Source: Phoronis australis (lineage: Eukaryota; Animalia; Phoronida). From it: DNA of 64,000 nt. Below the pieces are notes generated by a model. The model was not told where the DNA came from and did no database searches. It saw only the letters and a program-made list of their open reading frames with translations. Of this stretch, positions 38,601-63,430 are shown piece by piece. The DNA is taken from positions 214,864 through 278,863 of the forward strand of contig NMRA01000112.1 in assembly GCA_002633005.1 (NCBI GenBank), read 5' to 3'. A program made the position numbers and the translations under genes. Numbering within the stretch: position 1 is the stretch's first letter; every line of letters starts with the position of its first letter.

Positions 38601-41600
38601 TTGCAATATTTAGTAATATACGATAACATCACTAAAATGGACAACTTCATATCGAATGAGCATGCTCTTCTCCAACCCCGCTGCCATCACTCGTCCTCTC
38701 TGCCTTAACTACACAAACTATTGCCTTGTGCTGTGTCGAATCGTTGCTTGTGAGAGTTAAAAGTGATTTTAACCTTGAGGAGAGATGAGGGTTCTTTTGG
38801 CCCGGACAAGGGGACTTTCATGTGATTGTGATTTGAGGTGCAGAGATGACCCATATTGTGTATGAGATTTTAATGCATGCCTTGTGCCATGGTTCTATCA
38901 GAAATTGGTTTGATGTTTCTGTGTATACTTAATTAATCTTATGTCAGTAGACATGTACACAAGACTATCTCACTCTCTGCTGCTTATTGTTGGGTATGGG
39001 TTCTGTAGGCCAAGTTTCTTGCCAGAAAAACACTATCTTTCAAGACAAAGCAAAGTGAAAAGCAATTGTTTTGTGAATAAGCTCAGATTATAAGCCTATC
39101 CTAGCAAAATAATAACCATTAAAATGATTGCTTGGTGAGGTTGGAACTTGGAAAGTTAAATCATGGTAGTGACTGTGTATTGGTAAAACATGGGATTTTT
39201 CACCGCAAATACAAGCTAATATCTTGGGTTGTACAGAGACAGGCCTGTCCTATGTACTCATTTAGGCTTAATTAATTCAAGGTGGAACAAAGGGAAAATT
39301 AGTTTGACTAAATCAATGTTTAGACCTCCTCAGAAGATGTCTGTATTCGGCAAGTAATTAGAACAACACCAAGCTTGTCCAGTGTTCTCCACGACCTGTT
39401 TTCTGGCATTTGTGACTCCTTTGAATGGTGGCCTTGGTGGGTATAATGTTGGAATGCTCCTTCTGACATGTTTGGGTTTTCAGTGTGGAAAACACTTCTA
39501 GTTTGTTAAATTGTCATCTGTTTAAATAAATAGTCGTTAGTTTACTTATGAAAAGTTGAACAAATGTTGTTTTTTTGTGCACGTGTGCAGTGCTGTGTAA
39601 TACCAGGTAACAAAACAGGTGTATGTGCTGCAACGAAGTACTTTCGTCTTTTGCTCTACCCTAGAATGCCAATGGCTGGTTTGCTGAATGCTTTCAGCAC
39701 GTTTGTTTGCGCACATCCAACATGTTGGAGTTTTCTGTTGTGAAGAACACTGTTGTTTTTTTTGGCCTTAGTTTTAATATTTTTGTACCCTTGCTCAAAT
39801 AGGGATGAAGTATTGCTTGGCTGTTTGGTATTCAAGTTACTTATCAGTTGAGTAGTAGTGTATCTTCATACTTGTTTGGAGGCCTAACCTGGTCTTTTGA
39901 TCATGTACATAACTCATGATTTGAGCTCTGGCCTCACCTGTACCTAAGTGCTCAGTGCAAACCTCTGTGGTAATGCTCTTGGCTGAGGAGCGCTACTCTT
40001 AAGTGGGGATCAAAGTACACTTACCATGGAGCTCGACTTGTACCTTTCTCCACTAAACATCATGCGCTGCAAAAGCTTCTAATGCAGGGGTCCTTACAGG
40101 GATATACTTAGGTACTCGCCCAGTCACCAATTCGAGTAAAAATGGTGAGTAGAAGTTGACTTGCCGGTCGCCCAGGTGGTGAGCGAATTTTCAGAGCGCA
40201 AAAGCACAAAATCGTTTCCCATATGAACCTGAATAAATTTTCTCCTCCTTGTGCTGTTTTTATCATGAATTTAAGGTTCAGTTTGGTCAGCGTGTCAATG
40301 CTGCGGCAGTAAAAAACACCCACCCACTACGCAATTTGTCTAGACAAAGGATCACAGTGTGTGTGGTACAAAGGAATTTGTGGACGAGTCCGAAACCAAG
40401 AAAGGGGAAAGGCGGAAGACCGGTCCATGTGCTCACAGCAAATGAAATACCATATTTCTTGGAACTGATTTCTTGTTGTAATGTACAATGTCATTTTAGC
40501 CAAAATTGTTTTATAAATAATGACGTTAGTCCTATTAAGCGCCCATGCCCCAATGAGCGCCCCCCACTAGTTTTCAGACTTTGCTAAAATAGGCACCCAG
40601 TCCATGAACGAGTACATATGCGAAAAATGCCTTACCTACAGTTCTAAAACTCTACAGTAACGTCTTCAATTTATCAATAAGATCCGACAGTCCTGAAAAA
40701 TCATTGTGTGCGGAATTTCTAGACCAGGAGACTTGCCGCTACATCGGGAGTTAGCCTTGGCTGTGCACTTTAAACTTCCACAGTGCCTTAAAAAGAATGC
40801 AAAAGTTTTGCTAATCAAGATGCGAGGAACGTGTTCCACTATGGTCAGGCCTTTCAGAACAGACGCAGTGTACTGATCAACGGGATTGTATTGTATCTTT
40901 CCCGTACAGATCCTCTCCCTCAACAGGAATCCAGATTACTCTGTACACATAAAAGCCGCAAATCGAAACTTGACCGATGTTAATGATCACGTGGCCAAGA
41001 AGAACGCGCTATGGCCTACATAAATGTGGGCCTGCTACTCTGGCAAATGATCTCAGATAACACGCACGCGCTCGCTCTTTCGGTGCTCACCTGCAGACTA
41101 AGTTCAAAACAATGAACGTCTCTTGACAACCACGTGTGTTCGTCCAGATTTTTCTCGTGTTGCGAGGTACGATCTAACGCAAATTTGGACTTAATCTGCA
41201 GTTAATCCTGACTCCACAGGAACTTAAAATCTTAGGGATGCTATTTGGAAAACTTAAGGATTTCAGGTAATTTGTTGAGTCAGAACTCAAGAACTCAAGT
41301 TGCTCCATCGACTATCGCGAGGCAGCGACGCATCAGTCGGCAAGTTTTCGCCCTGGGATTTCAGCACTTTTCTTAAAAAGATCATAATTTAATAACAAAA
41401 TTTGATAGCAATGCACCACAGTTCTGTAGAAAGTCTGTCATAGGCTACAAATACGTCACGGCGCGTAAATTTGAATCCTAGCTTCCGATTTCACCCATTT
41501 CGGAGACCAGGTTTCAACTGCCTTAGGCTATAACAAGTGCCCCCCCTTCCTAAATGAATTTTGTAAGCACCCTGGATGCTTAGGGCGAATGCGGTAGCCC

Positions 41601-41709
41601 TAATAGATGGTGACATTAAAGCACGAAACGATGATTTTTATTTACACTTGTAGCAAGTTTGTGGAGACAGACGCAAACGGCCGGGCGACTGAACTTTGGG
41701 CTGGGGTAG

Positions 41710-53675
<11,966 letters not shown>

Positions 53676-54293
53676 TGCCGTGATGGTGACAATGTTCCTG
53701 GTGGTGGTGGTGTCATGGCGTTGAAGGACGAAGGTCGGTGAATTCGATGACTTTTACGTGTCCTAATGACGATGCGTGGTGTCATGGTGTCGATACTCTG
53801 ATCAAGTTGATACAGTGGTCATGTAATATTGCAACGAAATCTGACCAAGAAATCGGCCATGCGACTGATTTGGCATGAAAACAAACAAGTGAAAATTGCT
53901 GTCTCCTCTTTACATGATCTTAACCAGGACTTATTTCAGTAGAGATTGTTTGCGAGACTATTGGTATAGATGGTTGCTAGTGCTGGGGACAGATGTCGAT
54001 ATGTGGTTGCATTTTTTGATTGTTTTGTTTCAAGTTCTGCTGGAGAAATCGTGAATGATTCGCTAGTGGTCAGTTTTGCTAGGTTTTGTGATTTTCCAAG
54101 TCTGAGCTTGGTATTTGTCAACACGTTTTCTATTTAGTGCAATTATGACTCACAAAGTATTGAATGCTTATAGCCTTGGCCACGATGTTCATGACTGTTT
54201 AGGAAAAACTCTTTGTGGAACACAATTCTGTTGTATTATGCGTTGTAAATAAGATATTGAACTGCCATTCTCATTGTATGCAGATCCGTAATA

Positions 54294-54573
54294 CTGCTGA
54301 GACATCTGATGCGGCTCTAGAAAGCTGTAAGAAAACTTCAGGTGTTGTTGTTTGCGTATGTATGGTCTCAGTCTTCTACAGCACACATCACGAATTTTTG
54401 GCCGACCGGTCGGAAATTGGTCGACGACCGGCCGTCGACCGGTCGGCAAATTAGCCGACCGGTCGGCTAAAAATTAGCCGACCGGCAGCCGCCCGCAGTG
54501 CCGACTCATAAGGCGACCCCACAGCCGACCCTTCAGCCGACCCTTTAGCCGACTGACCATCAGACGNGAACAG
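54294..54573. mobile_element. TA-flanked, palindrome-rich insertion in the Smad 3'UTR
   Basis: ta|ctgctgagacatctgatg ... catcagacgngaacag|ta; core of repeated CCGACCGGTCGG palindromes and agccgac repeats. Confidence 0.5.
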
Positions 54574-55863
54574 TAGTGTTAGCTCCTTGTGAAGTACATT
54601 TTGGTGACATTGGTTACAGCCTCTTGTATGGTGAGGATAAGTCCTTAAAACTCTTTCGGTTAATCTCATTTTTAACCGAAAAGTTGATCTGCCTTTAAAG
54701 ATTCAGTCATGCCATTTCCTTATACTTGTAAAATTGTCCGGATGTTGAACAGGGCAGAGAAATAATTTGATGTACAGACTTGTATTCAGTTCATACAGAC
54801 TTGCATGAAAGGGGCCGGAGTGTTGCTGATAAAGTATGGGGGCCAGATACAGAACATTGCGAGCCAAACCTCTGAATCAGACTATTGTACTCTGTATACT
54901 GATTGGCCAGAGTGCAGGTGTGGCATCTTGATACACATTGTTGAAGATAACGTACTTATTACTTTTTGCCATTTGTTGTTTTTAGTATGAAATTGTTTGC
55001 GACACCAGGTGCATAAAACTCTGCCATATGTCTGTTATTGACCGGAACAAACTATGATAATCTTCGATAATAGGCCCCACCCAATATTTTACCTTTGGAG
55101 TGGCCAGTTTTATTTAAGATTGTATTTAAAACGTCTTTTTGATCTCTTTATTCTTTTGCAATTGTTACAGATCACAGAGAATAAATTGTAGCGTCTCTGT
55201 GCAAAAATTTAAAGTTTTTCCTGTAATTTTTAGACAATATTCTATGTTCACATACTTGAAGATATCAACAAAATGCATTTTGACTAAATTTTTTTGTACA
55301 AAAATTTTAACTGTACATACTGCAAAATGTAGGGATCCCCAGTTTTAGGATTCATGATTTTTAAGGTAAATTTGTGTTCCTTTTAGGTGGCTTACTGCTT
55401 AGTTTTGTGTTATGTACTCAACTAGCCATATGTGTAATTTAGTGTAGAAATGTTTTTATATTTTCCATTGCATTCTGCCTGGGTTTTTGTTCAGGATATC
55501 TCTGTCAATTATACTGTCCATTGTGAAATGTCATTCGTGGTCACGGCAATGTTATACTGTAATTAAATAAAACTTTTAGATCTTATATTTTGATTAGAAT
55601 ATCAGATTAGTCGGGCCTGCTTTCTGTTCGTTGAAAGTGCTGGTGGTGAAAGGCAGGTAGAGTTCTGCTATGGTATAATAATAACTATAAATTTACATAA
55701 ATTAACACCTATAAATTGATACTTTTTGCTTTGGTCGTAAGCCTTAAGTTTGTGTTTACATAAAAAATCTAAGAATGTATCAACAGTTTACAAGTGTATA
55801 GTTTCAACATTAAATCCACACTTTTATTACATTGGGAAAAAATGGAACCAGTGCTATGTTTAA

Positions 55864-57167
55864 AGGTGAATGCAACCTTTTTTCATGTCATTTTTAGCAA
55901 AAATAAGGTTCGTTGATTATCCCAGACACATTTTTCACTTAATTACAGATTTTTGTAATTTGACGTTTTGGGAGGCGAGAGTTTCGCGCCGATTTCTTTT
56001 CATTATCGTCTGACTGTGAGAGCTGTCGAGTCAGTCATTGTTCTACCTTGGTTGTGATAAGTTCGGTCGTCGTTTGCTTCTGTTTACGAGTCAGCCAACA
56101 TGCCACGCTGTTGCTGCGTGCCGGGATGTACTCATCGTCTCACACGCACTTTGGGTACCTTGCATCGCTTTCCGAAGGAAGACACACTTCACCATACTTG
56201 GCTAGCTCGTTCATGTGAAGAACGCAGCGCCACTCGTCCATGCAATGTACAAAGCAGTGGAGGGTTACCGAGTGTGTGGCAAGCATTTTCTGCCGTCAGA
56301 TTACGACAGAGATATGTACGCTGAATTGATGAAGGTCAGTGCGAAACAACGCCTGAAGAAGTGTACCATGTCGCTGTTGATTCCCGGCAGTGCCTCGTCG
56401 CCAACCCCGAGAATTGAAGCCTCGCGACCTGTGGCCACTATATACAATGACTGGAGGCACTTCATCTACTGTCACCCGTGCCTCCGAACGTACCCCATAG
56501 CGTGCAATTCCAGGAACTTGCAGTGATTCGCCCTGTGCTGTTGTCTCTAGCCCAGAGCCTGTAAGCAGCCCTGCAGCGATGTTGAGTAGTGGGAGTCAGG
56601 CCCAGTTCGACACCCAGTGAAGAGGACAGTTCGTCATCCAATGAACAGATCGGTGAGCCTAAGTTTCATAAGTTTATTGTGGACTTGTTTTGGAGCTATT
56701 TAGAAGGTGCCAGGTGTGAGGCGAGGGAGTCACACGGTGGGATGTAAGCAGTTTGGGTGCTCAGATCACCCTCCAGTGGGAGTGTGTCGCAGGACACTTG
56801 GGCAAGTGGGACAGTTCTTCCTCTGCACGTGAGACGATAATGAGTACGCAGCAACAGCGTGGCATGTTGACTGACTCGTAAGCAAAAGCAAACGACGACT
56901 GAACTTATCACAACCGAAGTACGGTAAAGTCGCGTGATTTTCGGACACTGAAAATTAATTCCAATGACTGACTTGACTGCAGTCACAGTCAGACTATATG
57001 AAAAGAAACTGGCGCGAAATTCTTGCCTCCCAAATCGTCACTTCCGGAGTAGACGACGAGTAATTAATTAAATTACGAAAAGCTGTAAATAAGTGAAAAA
57101 CATGTCTGGGATAATCAATGAACCTTATTGTTGCTAAAAATGACATGAAGAAAGGTTGCCTTTGCCT
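55864..57167 (+). mobile_element. Non-autonomous Kolobok-like DNA transposon carrying a frameshifted THAP domain
   Basis: TTAA flanks at 55860-55863 and 57168-57171, with AGG...CCT termini. Long imperfect inverted arms (about 55864-56141 versus 56830-57167). Internal THAP remnant MPRCCCVPGC..LHRFPK..W (56100) continues in another frame as VCGKHF..DY..RLK. Confidence 0.8.
56100..56390 (+). pseudogene. THAP zinc-finger (C2CH) transposase N-terminal remnant, frameshifted
   Basis: The C-x3-C, FP and W motifs lie in ORF 56100-56324, while C-x2-H-F lies in ORF 56215-56526, so the signature is split over two frames. Confidence 0.8.
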
Positions 57168-57609
57168 TTAAGTGTTAACCACAGGCCATGTGCACTGAAT
57201 GCCAAAATTTCTGAAAAATTTGGATGTGACATTACAAATGATGAGAAGTCGAATAGCAAAAATATGATTTATTTATACGACTATCCTAAGAATTTGGTAA
57301 ATTCCACACACATTCTATACTCAACTTTCCACCCTTCGAATGAATTTGTCACGGAAACTTGATTTTGACTACACAATGACCAGTTATGTCCTGTTCCTCA
57401 AAGCGTCACATCAATGTCACTAAAGGTCTGTTCAAAAGCTCCGACAACGTATAAGGGCTTGGCCCGAGTGACCAAGTGTGTGACCAATCTCTGGGTAGGG
57501 AAAACTCGACTGATGCATGTACAACTTATACAAATTTAACTGTGCCTGGGATTTATTTTAAATTATGTGCTTCAGTTGTAATCTAACATCACTACAGGCT
57601 AGCTGGGCA

Positions 57610-60600
57610 TCATGAAGGAAATGACGCTACAGGGCTGGGCATGCGAGTTTTGATGTACGTTTTCTCATAACCTGAAAGAAAGATATACCGATGAATATCA
57701 TACAAATATAGTACATGCTACTAATAATCTGACGAAACGTCATTTCCCCTTCACAACGGAGAATAATCCTTCATTCGACCATGAAATCCACTTGTGTACT
57801 CAGCTGTCATGACCAGGAATTCTATTTGTGTTCAGTCATCATGGTCATGGCATGCAACAGGGCCATCCCGGATTACACAGCCATAGAACTAACTTGTCCC
57901 ATAGATTAGAAAGCGCGTGACCTCCTTTTGGAAATCAGGCACATTTTTGTGCCTCTCACTGATGTTGGGAAGGTGAACAATTTCAGATCACGCATATATG
58001 GGTATTTGTCCAATTAATCAAACTGTGTCATGGAGTTGCAGCCCACAGCACAGCAGTAATACATCGTTGGCATTGGAAGTACGAATAGAGTAAGGGCTGT
58101 TCCACTAAAATCCGTGTGGGAGGGGGGGGACGGCAGCAGAAATAAAAATTCATGGGTGATGGTCTTCAGAAAAAAACTCAAATTATGGGTGGTCGTTCCT
58201 GTAAGAAGTGATGGATTAAAAATGGGTGGTATTTTTTGACCTGTTAATGATGACAGGTTGGTTACTTCAGCCGCCAAAACTCAAAAAAATGCAGTACAAA
58301 AAAGCCCATATTGCCAGTGAACAGAGTGCAATATGTTCACTAAGCCATTAATCAAGTCATGGGCAACTTGATTTGAGCCAACTACTGGTGTGCAGTCCTA
58401 TTGGATTGAAAAGTTATGCAACACTAAACTGGTGTTAACACATATAACAAAATTGATGATTTTTAAATAAAAGTATGAGGAGTAAGATAAACAAGTTCCA
58501 ATATTCACTTGACATAGAAGTATAAAAGACTTCGTGGAGACAGTTTGAGATTCATAGATCCTTATAATTGAAAAAATGTTCATTGAAATTATAGATACAT
58601 GGTGAACAGAGACACCTAGTGGCTGCCAAAAGTATTGCTCACATGCTACTTTAGTTTTTGACAATGTTGGACAAGACAACTAGTTCTTGTCTGTCAATCA
58701 TCTAAGTTCTTAACAGGTCCTCCTGGAGGCAATTTGTTTGCAAGTGTTGGATTTTATATTTTAAACTATTAAAAATAATTAAAAAATTATGGGTCATGGG
58801 TTGGAGAAATAAATGAAAAATATGGGCGGTGGGTACGAAATAAAAGTGCCTTCCCCCCCTCCCATACAGATTTTGCTGGAACAGCCCTAATGCAACCAAG
58901 AAAAACCTGTAAAGAATCTGACAACAAATAACGTGAAACTCCAGTGACATGAAAACGAGGCAGCAACTGTGCCTGACGGATGTTTACGGCTTTGTGGGTA
59001 TATGCAGTGAGATAAGAGTATAGTCATGTAATCCGGAACGGCAATATTCCTGGTTATTTTATTTATTTATTGGTAATGGTCACTTACAGGGAGATTTCGA
59101 GAACCAGTTGCATGTCAGTTATTCAGTGGAAAAAATGGTTCTCAAAATGCGGGACTCCTGTAAGTGTCAGTTAGCCAATTATTTTTGGAAAGAACTGCAT
59201 CACACATGACAAGATGGGTGCGTCACCAGTTTCAAGGTAGAGAATTTAACACCTGGTTGAAATGGGTCAACTACTGTATACATTACAAAGCAAAACTGAT
59301 ATTTATTCAGACTGTATTAAATACAGTTTTCTGTTGATGTCTCTTGAATGAATATAGCATTATGTGAAGTCTGCAGCTCAAAGGCAATGTGTGCAAGCAA
59401 ATTAAGCAACTGAAAACTTGCTTACAAAAATGATAAAACGAGGGTAAGTTTCAACTAGCAATATAACAACGTGGATTATAAACACCAAGCCTACGGTGAC
59501 ATGTCTGCAACTGAACTTACCAAACGGGAAATACTTAACGAACATCTGAATCTCGGCATTTCTTTTCAGGATGCGAACAGCCTGAAAAAGGGATGGCATG
59601 GTACGATTTATGAGATTTGGAAATTCTTAGTCATTTTCAAACACAATTATTGCCACAATTACCGTTTTTAAAAGTTCACAACATTGTTATAAGCAGTCAA
59701 AATCTTATGACATTTATTATAAGTTGTTTGATAACAACTGCAAACTACAAACCATTATACAATTTTAATAATTTCCTTTCCGTCAAAGCTTTGACGACAT
59801 ATGATATGAGTAAGATTTACTACAGCAGGGAATAATCACCTCAGCGTGTTCCATAATGTCAAAACTTACACCATTCACTTGCAGAATCTGAAATAAAAAG
59901 TCACACAAACTGAGACAGTAAAAGCAACGTATTCCAGGCCAAACCTTTACTTAACAAGAATTCAACTTTGAAGGGCTGGTGTTTTTGTAACAACAGCATA
60001 TCAGAATTACGATGGATGCAAAGTTCACAGTACGTATGAAGTCACTGGGGACAGTAAACTCTGTCACTCATACGTGGAAAACCACTGCCTAGACAAATAT
60101 AGTCTACCACCACCAGTATTCATTTTATGGAAAAAAATACTAAATAAATCAAAATTGAACGAAGACTACTTACCTATAGAATAAAGTTCCATGTAGCTCT
60201 AATTAAGTCAAGCCAGAGCCAAGAAATTCAAATTAAACAAGAGCAACGCAGAGCGTTGAAATGCACCCACAATTGCACCGCATACGGTATCCTTCTAGGG
60301 TTGTTTATTGGTACCATAAAGTGGCCAGTAGAGGGCATATATGTAGTATGTTGTACTTTGCAAAATGGAAAGGCATGGTCATTGTCTCCTCAATAGGCTA
60401 GGGGCAAAATGTGAGTAATCTTCATAATACAAGCACATCATATACACCAGTTGCTTAAAGCACCACAGAAACATAGAATTAAAAACAAATTTACCAACAT
60501 ACGAGATTAGCACAGCATTAGAATGNNNNNNNNNNNNNNNNNNNNNNNNNNNNNNNNNNNNNNNNNNNNNNNNNNNNNNNNNNNNNNNNNNNNNNNNNNN

Positions 60601-63430
60601 NNNNNNNNNNNNNNNNNNNNNNNNNNNNNNNNNNNNNNNNNNNNNNNNNNNNNNNNNNNNNNNNNNNNNNNNNNNNNNNNNNNNNNNNNNNNNNNNNNNN
60701 NNNNNNNNNNNNNNNNNNNNNNNNNNNNNNNNNNNNNNNNNNNNNNNNNNNNNNNNNNNNNNNNNNNNNNNNNNGCCAATTTTCACAATCATACTTATAG
60801 CGGTTTGGTTGATAGAGGGGTGGACGCCAAAAAACAGACTAAAAAACAGTAAAAATGGCCACTGGGTGTCGCAAACTAGGTCGAATCCATCCGAAAACGG
60901 GAGGATAGCGTCATCGCACTAATAGGTGCCTACATACCAAATTTCATGAAAATCCGTTAAGAACTTGTGAAGATACGGAGGTAAACGTAAAAAAATAAAA
61001 TTGCCACTAGGGGGCACACCGGTAGGCGGATCCGTCCAAAATTCGTCATCGTCTGTTGCTAACATAATATAAATACACTTATTAATTTTCGTAAAGATCC
61101 TGCGAACGGTTTAGGAGATACAGCCTTAGGCGCCAAAAAAAAACTGCCACTAGGAGGCGCCACAGTAGTCCAAACCGTCTGAAAATCATTGTCAGCTGTC
61201 TTCCTTATAGTAAACACATACACGCCAATTTTCACAATCATCCTTTGAGCGGTTTGGTTGATAGAGGGGTGGACGCACAAAAAACAGACTCAAAAACACT
61301 AAAAATGGCCACTAGGTAGCGCAAACTATGTCGAATCCATCTGAAAACGGGAGGATAGCGTCATCTCACTAATAGGTGCCTACATACCAAATTTCATGAA
61401 AATCCGTTCAGGACTTTTGAAGATACAAAGGTAAGCGAAAAAAATTAAAATTGCCACTAGGGGGCACACCGGTAATCGGATCCATCCAAAAGTCGTCATC
61501 TCCTGTTGTTAACATCATATAAATATACTTACACAATTTCGTAAAGATCCTACGAACGGTTTAGGAGATACAGCCATAGGCGCAAAAAACAAAACTGCCA
61601 CTAGGAGGTGCCACAGTGGTCGAAATCGTCGGAAAATCATCGTCAACCGTCCTCTACATAGTAATCATATACATGCCAATTTTCAAAATCATCCTTTGAG
61701 CGGTTTGGTTGATAGACGGGTGGACGCACAAAAACAGACTCGAAAACACTAAAAATGGCCACTAGGTGGCGCAAACTATGTCGAATCCATCTGAAAACGG
61801 TGCCTACATACCAAATTTCATGAAAATCCGTTCAGGACTTTTGAAGATACAAAGGTAAGCGTAAAAAACTAAAATTGCCACTAGGGGGCACACCGGTAGT
61901 CGGATCCGTCCCAAAGTTCGCACATGCCGTCCCATTAATGAATGGAACATATGTGCCAAATTTCATGAACGTATGTCAAAGGGTTTTGGAGATAGAGCAG
62001 CGGACACCGGACGGACGCCGCCTGGACGGACGGACGGACGGACAGAGATGACGGCATAATGCGTCCACATATAAATATGTGGGCGCATAAAAAATCATGA
62101 TAGAGGTGGAGAATCTTCCAGATGAACCAATCAAAGAACTGTATTTGCTCCATGGTTTTATGATATGTAATTAGAAACATTAACTCGCAATATTAAAGAA
62201 CCAAAAAGTGTTCCAGGCCATAACATGAACCAAAACAATAGTATTCAAAGAGCGTGCTGCATTGGTGCTATTACTAATAAGATAAGGTTTGTGCCGATGA
62301 TGATAATGAAGCATTGGTCCTGGTGTCTTCAACAAGTAACTGTTACCATAACAACAAGTACCTACGCCACATGTGCAACAAGGTTGCCTCCATACCTGAT
62401 CCCCCTCTTGTAAGCCTATCCTCTGAGCATCTGTGTTGGGTAATACCTGCCATAACCAATGATCAGGTGAGCACATAGGCATGGATGTGAAATAACAGAA
62501 AAAAGTTTCGCAACTTCAAACATTACAGAATAAATACTGCTATGGCAGGAACACTTAAGGTTATATACATGTAGGGCCTTATCCACGAGCTTGTGTATTT
62601 AGCCAAATAATAACAAACTATAAATATGAACTAGTAGTAAAAGTACGTACTTTCTGAAAGTAAAAAGTACGTAGAATTTGATGAATGACTTAGAACCAAT
62701 TTGGCATTAACCCGGCCACAATACAATGTCTTTTTATAACAGTAAAATTTAGAAAAAAAAGAAATGATACTTTACATCCTCATTAAACATGACCAAATTT
62801 TATTTGATACAAATGTTACAGAAGAAATTTCAAAGATGCTGTTACAGTTTTCTAAATTATTTAATTTTATGCAACTTGAATTTTTCCATAAAGAAAAAAT
62901 GGAGCATTTTAAAAGCAACTCCACCTTTTGTAAAACAGTGCATAAAGTAGAGTATCTAAAAGTTTCATATGAATTTTATCAACCATTTCTGAGATATAAC
63001 GTTCCAAAGTTTCCAAATTTAGACACTTTTCTAGGGCCTTACTCCTAAATAACCTTAAGTGCACCTGATATTGCCCACTATGACAGTGACAGGAGAGTTA
63101 AGATAGATGGCACTGCATGTCAAGCGTATACCTGAAGATGGCACTGCATGTCAGGCATATACCTAAGGTGTTCAGTACAAAGCGTTTCCATGATCTGTTC
63201 ACCTCCACATGCAAGAAATCTTGTATATCTGTTCGTGCCAAATCAATTCTGCCCAATTAAATATGATGACAATAGTTTCTTAACATAAAACACTTTGGCT
63301 GTCCACACTTGCGTTGAGTGAAATGTTGCTCACATTACAAAAATCAAACGGTGACAATATTGTTCAAAAATACCTTTGAGATGTAAATTCCACTAGAGTG
63401 TTCCTTGCCACCACGTATGTTAAATCCAAG
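57610..63430 (-). CDS. PDZD11: PDZ domain-containing protein 11 (PDZD11) orthologue, 3' five coding exons; N-terminal exons not found in the window
   Basis: Minus-strand exons 63430-63374 (LGFNIRGGKEHSSGIYISK), 62446-62396 (VLPNTDAQRIGLQEGDQ), 59887-59840 (ILQVNGVSFDIMEHAE), 59581-59521 (AVRILKRNAEIQMFVKYFPF) and 57671-57610 (GYEKTYIKTRMPSPVASFPS*). All are GT-AG with matching phases. The joined peptide closely follows the PDZD11 PDZ domain and C-terminus as I recall them. Minus-strand AATAAA at 57557-57552. Confidence 0.9.
57859..59042 (-). mobile_element. Second copy of the THAP-remnant element, split by a MITE, in the last PDZD11 intron
   Basis: 57860-58090 aligns by eye to 22881-23115 (MPTMYYCCAVGCNS...LFTFPTS). 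Homology resumes after 58890 (tgtaaagaatctgacaacaaataac). The ends share an inverted ccggattaca/tgtaatccgg motif. Confidence 0.6.
58094..58887. mobile_element. PIF/Harbinger-type MITE
   Basis: TIR GGGCTGTTCCA...TGGAACAGCCC with a TAA duplication at 58091-58093 and 58888-58890; subterminal aattatgggt repeats. Confidence 0.75.
60236..62094. mobile_element. Helentron-associated non-autonomous element (HINE/DINE-like) with an internal tandem array
   Basis: Begins aacaagagc in an A-run. About 450-bp tandem units (gccaattttc at 60775, 61224, 61675) contain ccaaatttcatgaa motifs. (GGAC)n microsatellite at about 62009-62044; hairpin atgcgtccacatat-aa-atatgtgggcgcat at 62059-62088, then an A-run. Includes an N gap. 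Confidence 0.7.
60526..60774. other. Assembly gap (N run); a second gap lies at 28335-28382
   Basis: Runs of N in the sequence. Confidence 1.
62559..63054. mobile_element. TTAA-flanked non-autonomous DNA element (Kolobok-like GG..CC ends) in a PDZD11 intron
   Basis: TTAA|GGTTAT...ATAACC|TTAA with an imperfect TIR of about 20 bp. Confidence 0.55.

Noticed and set aside
60379-60852. ORFs made mostly of X residues (also 28202-28475)
   Set aside because: Artefacts of N gaps.
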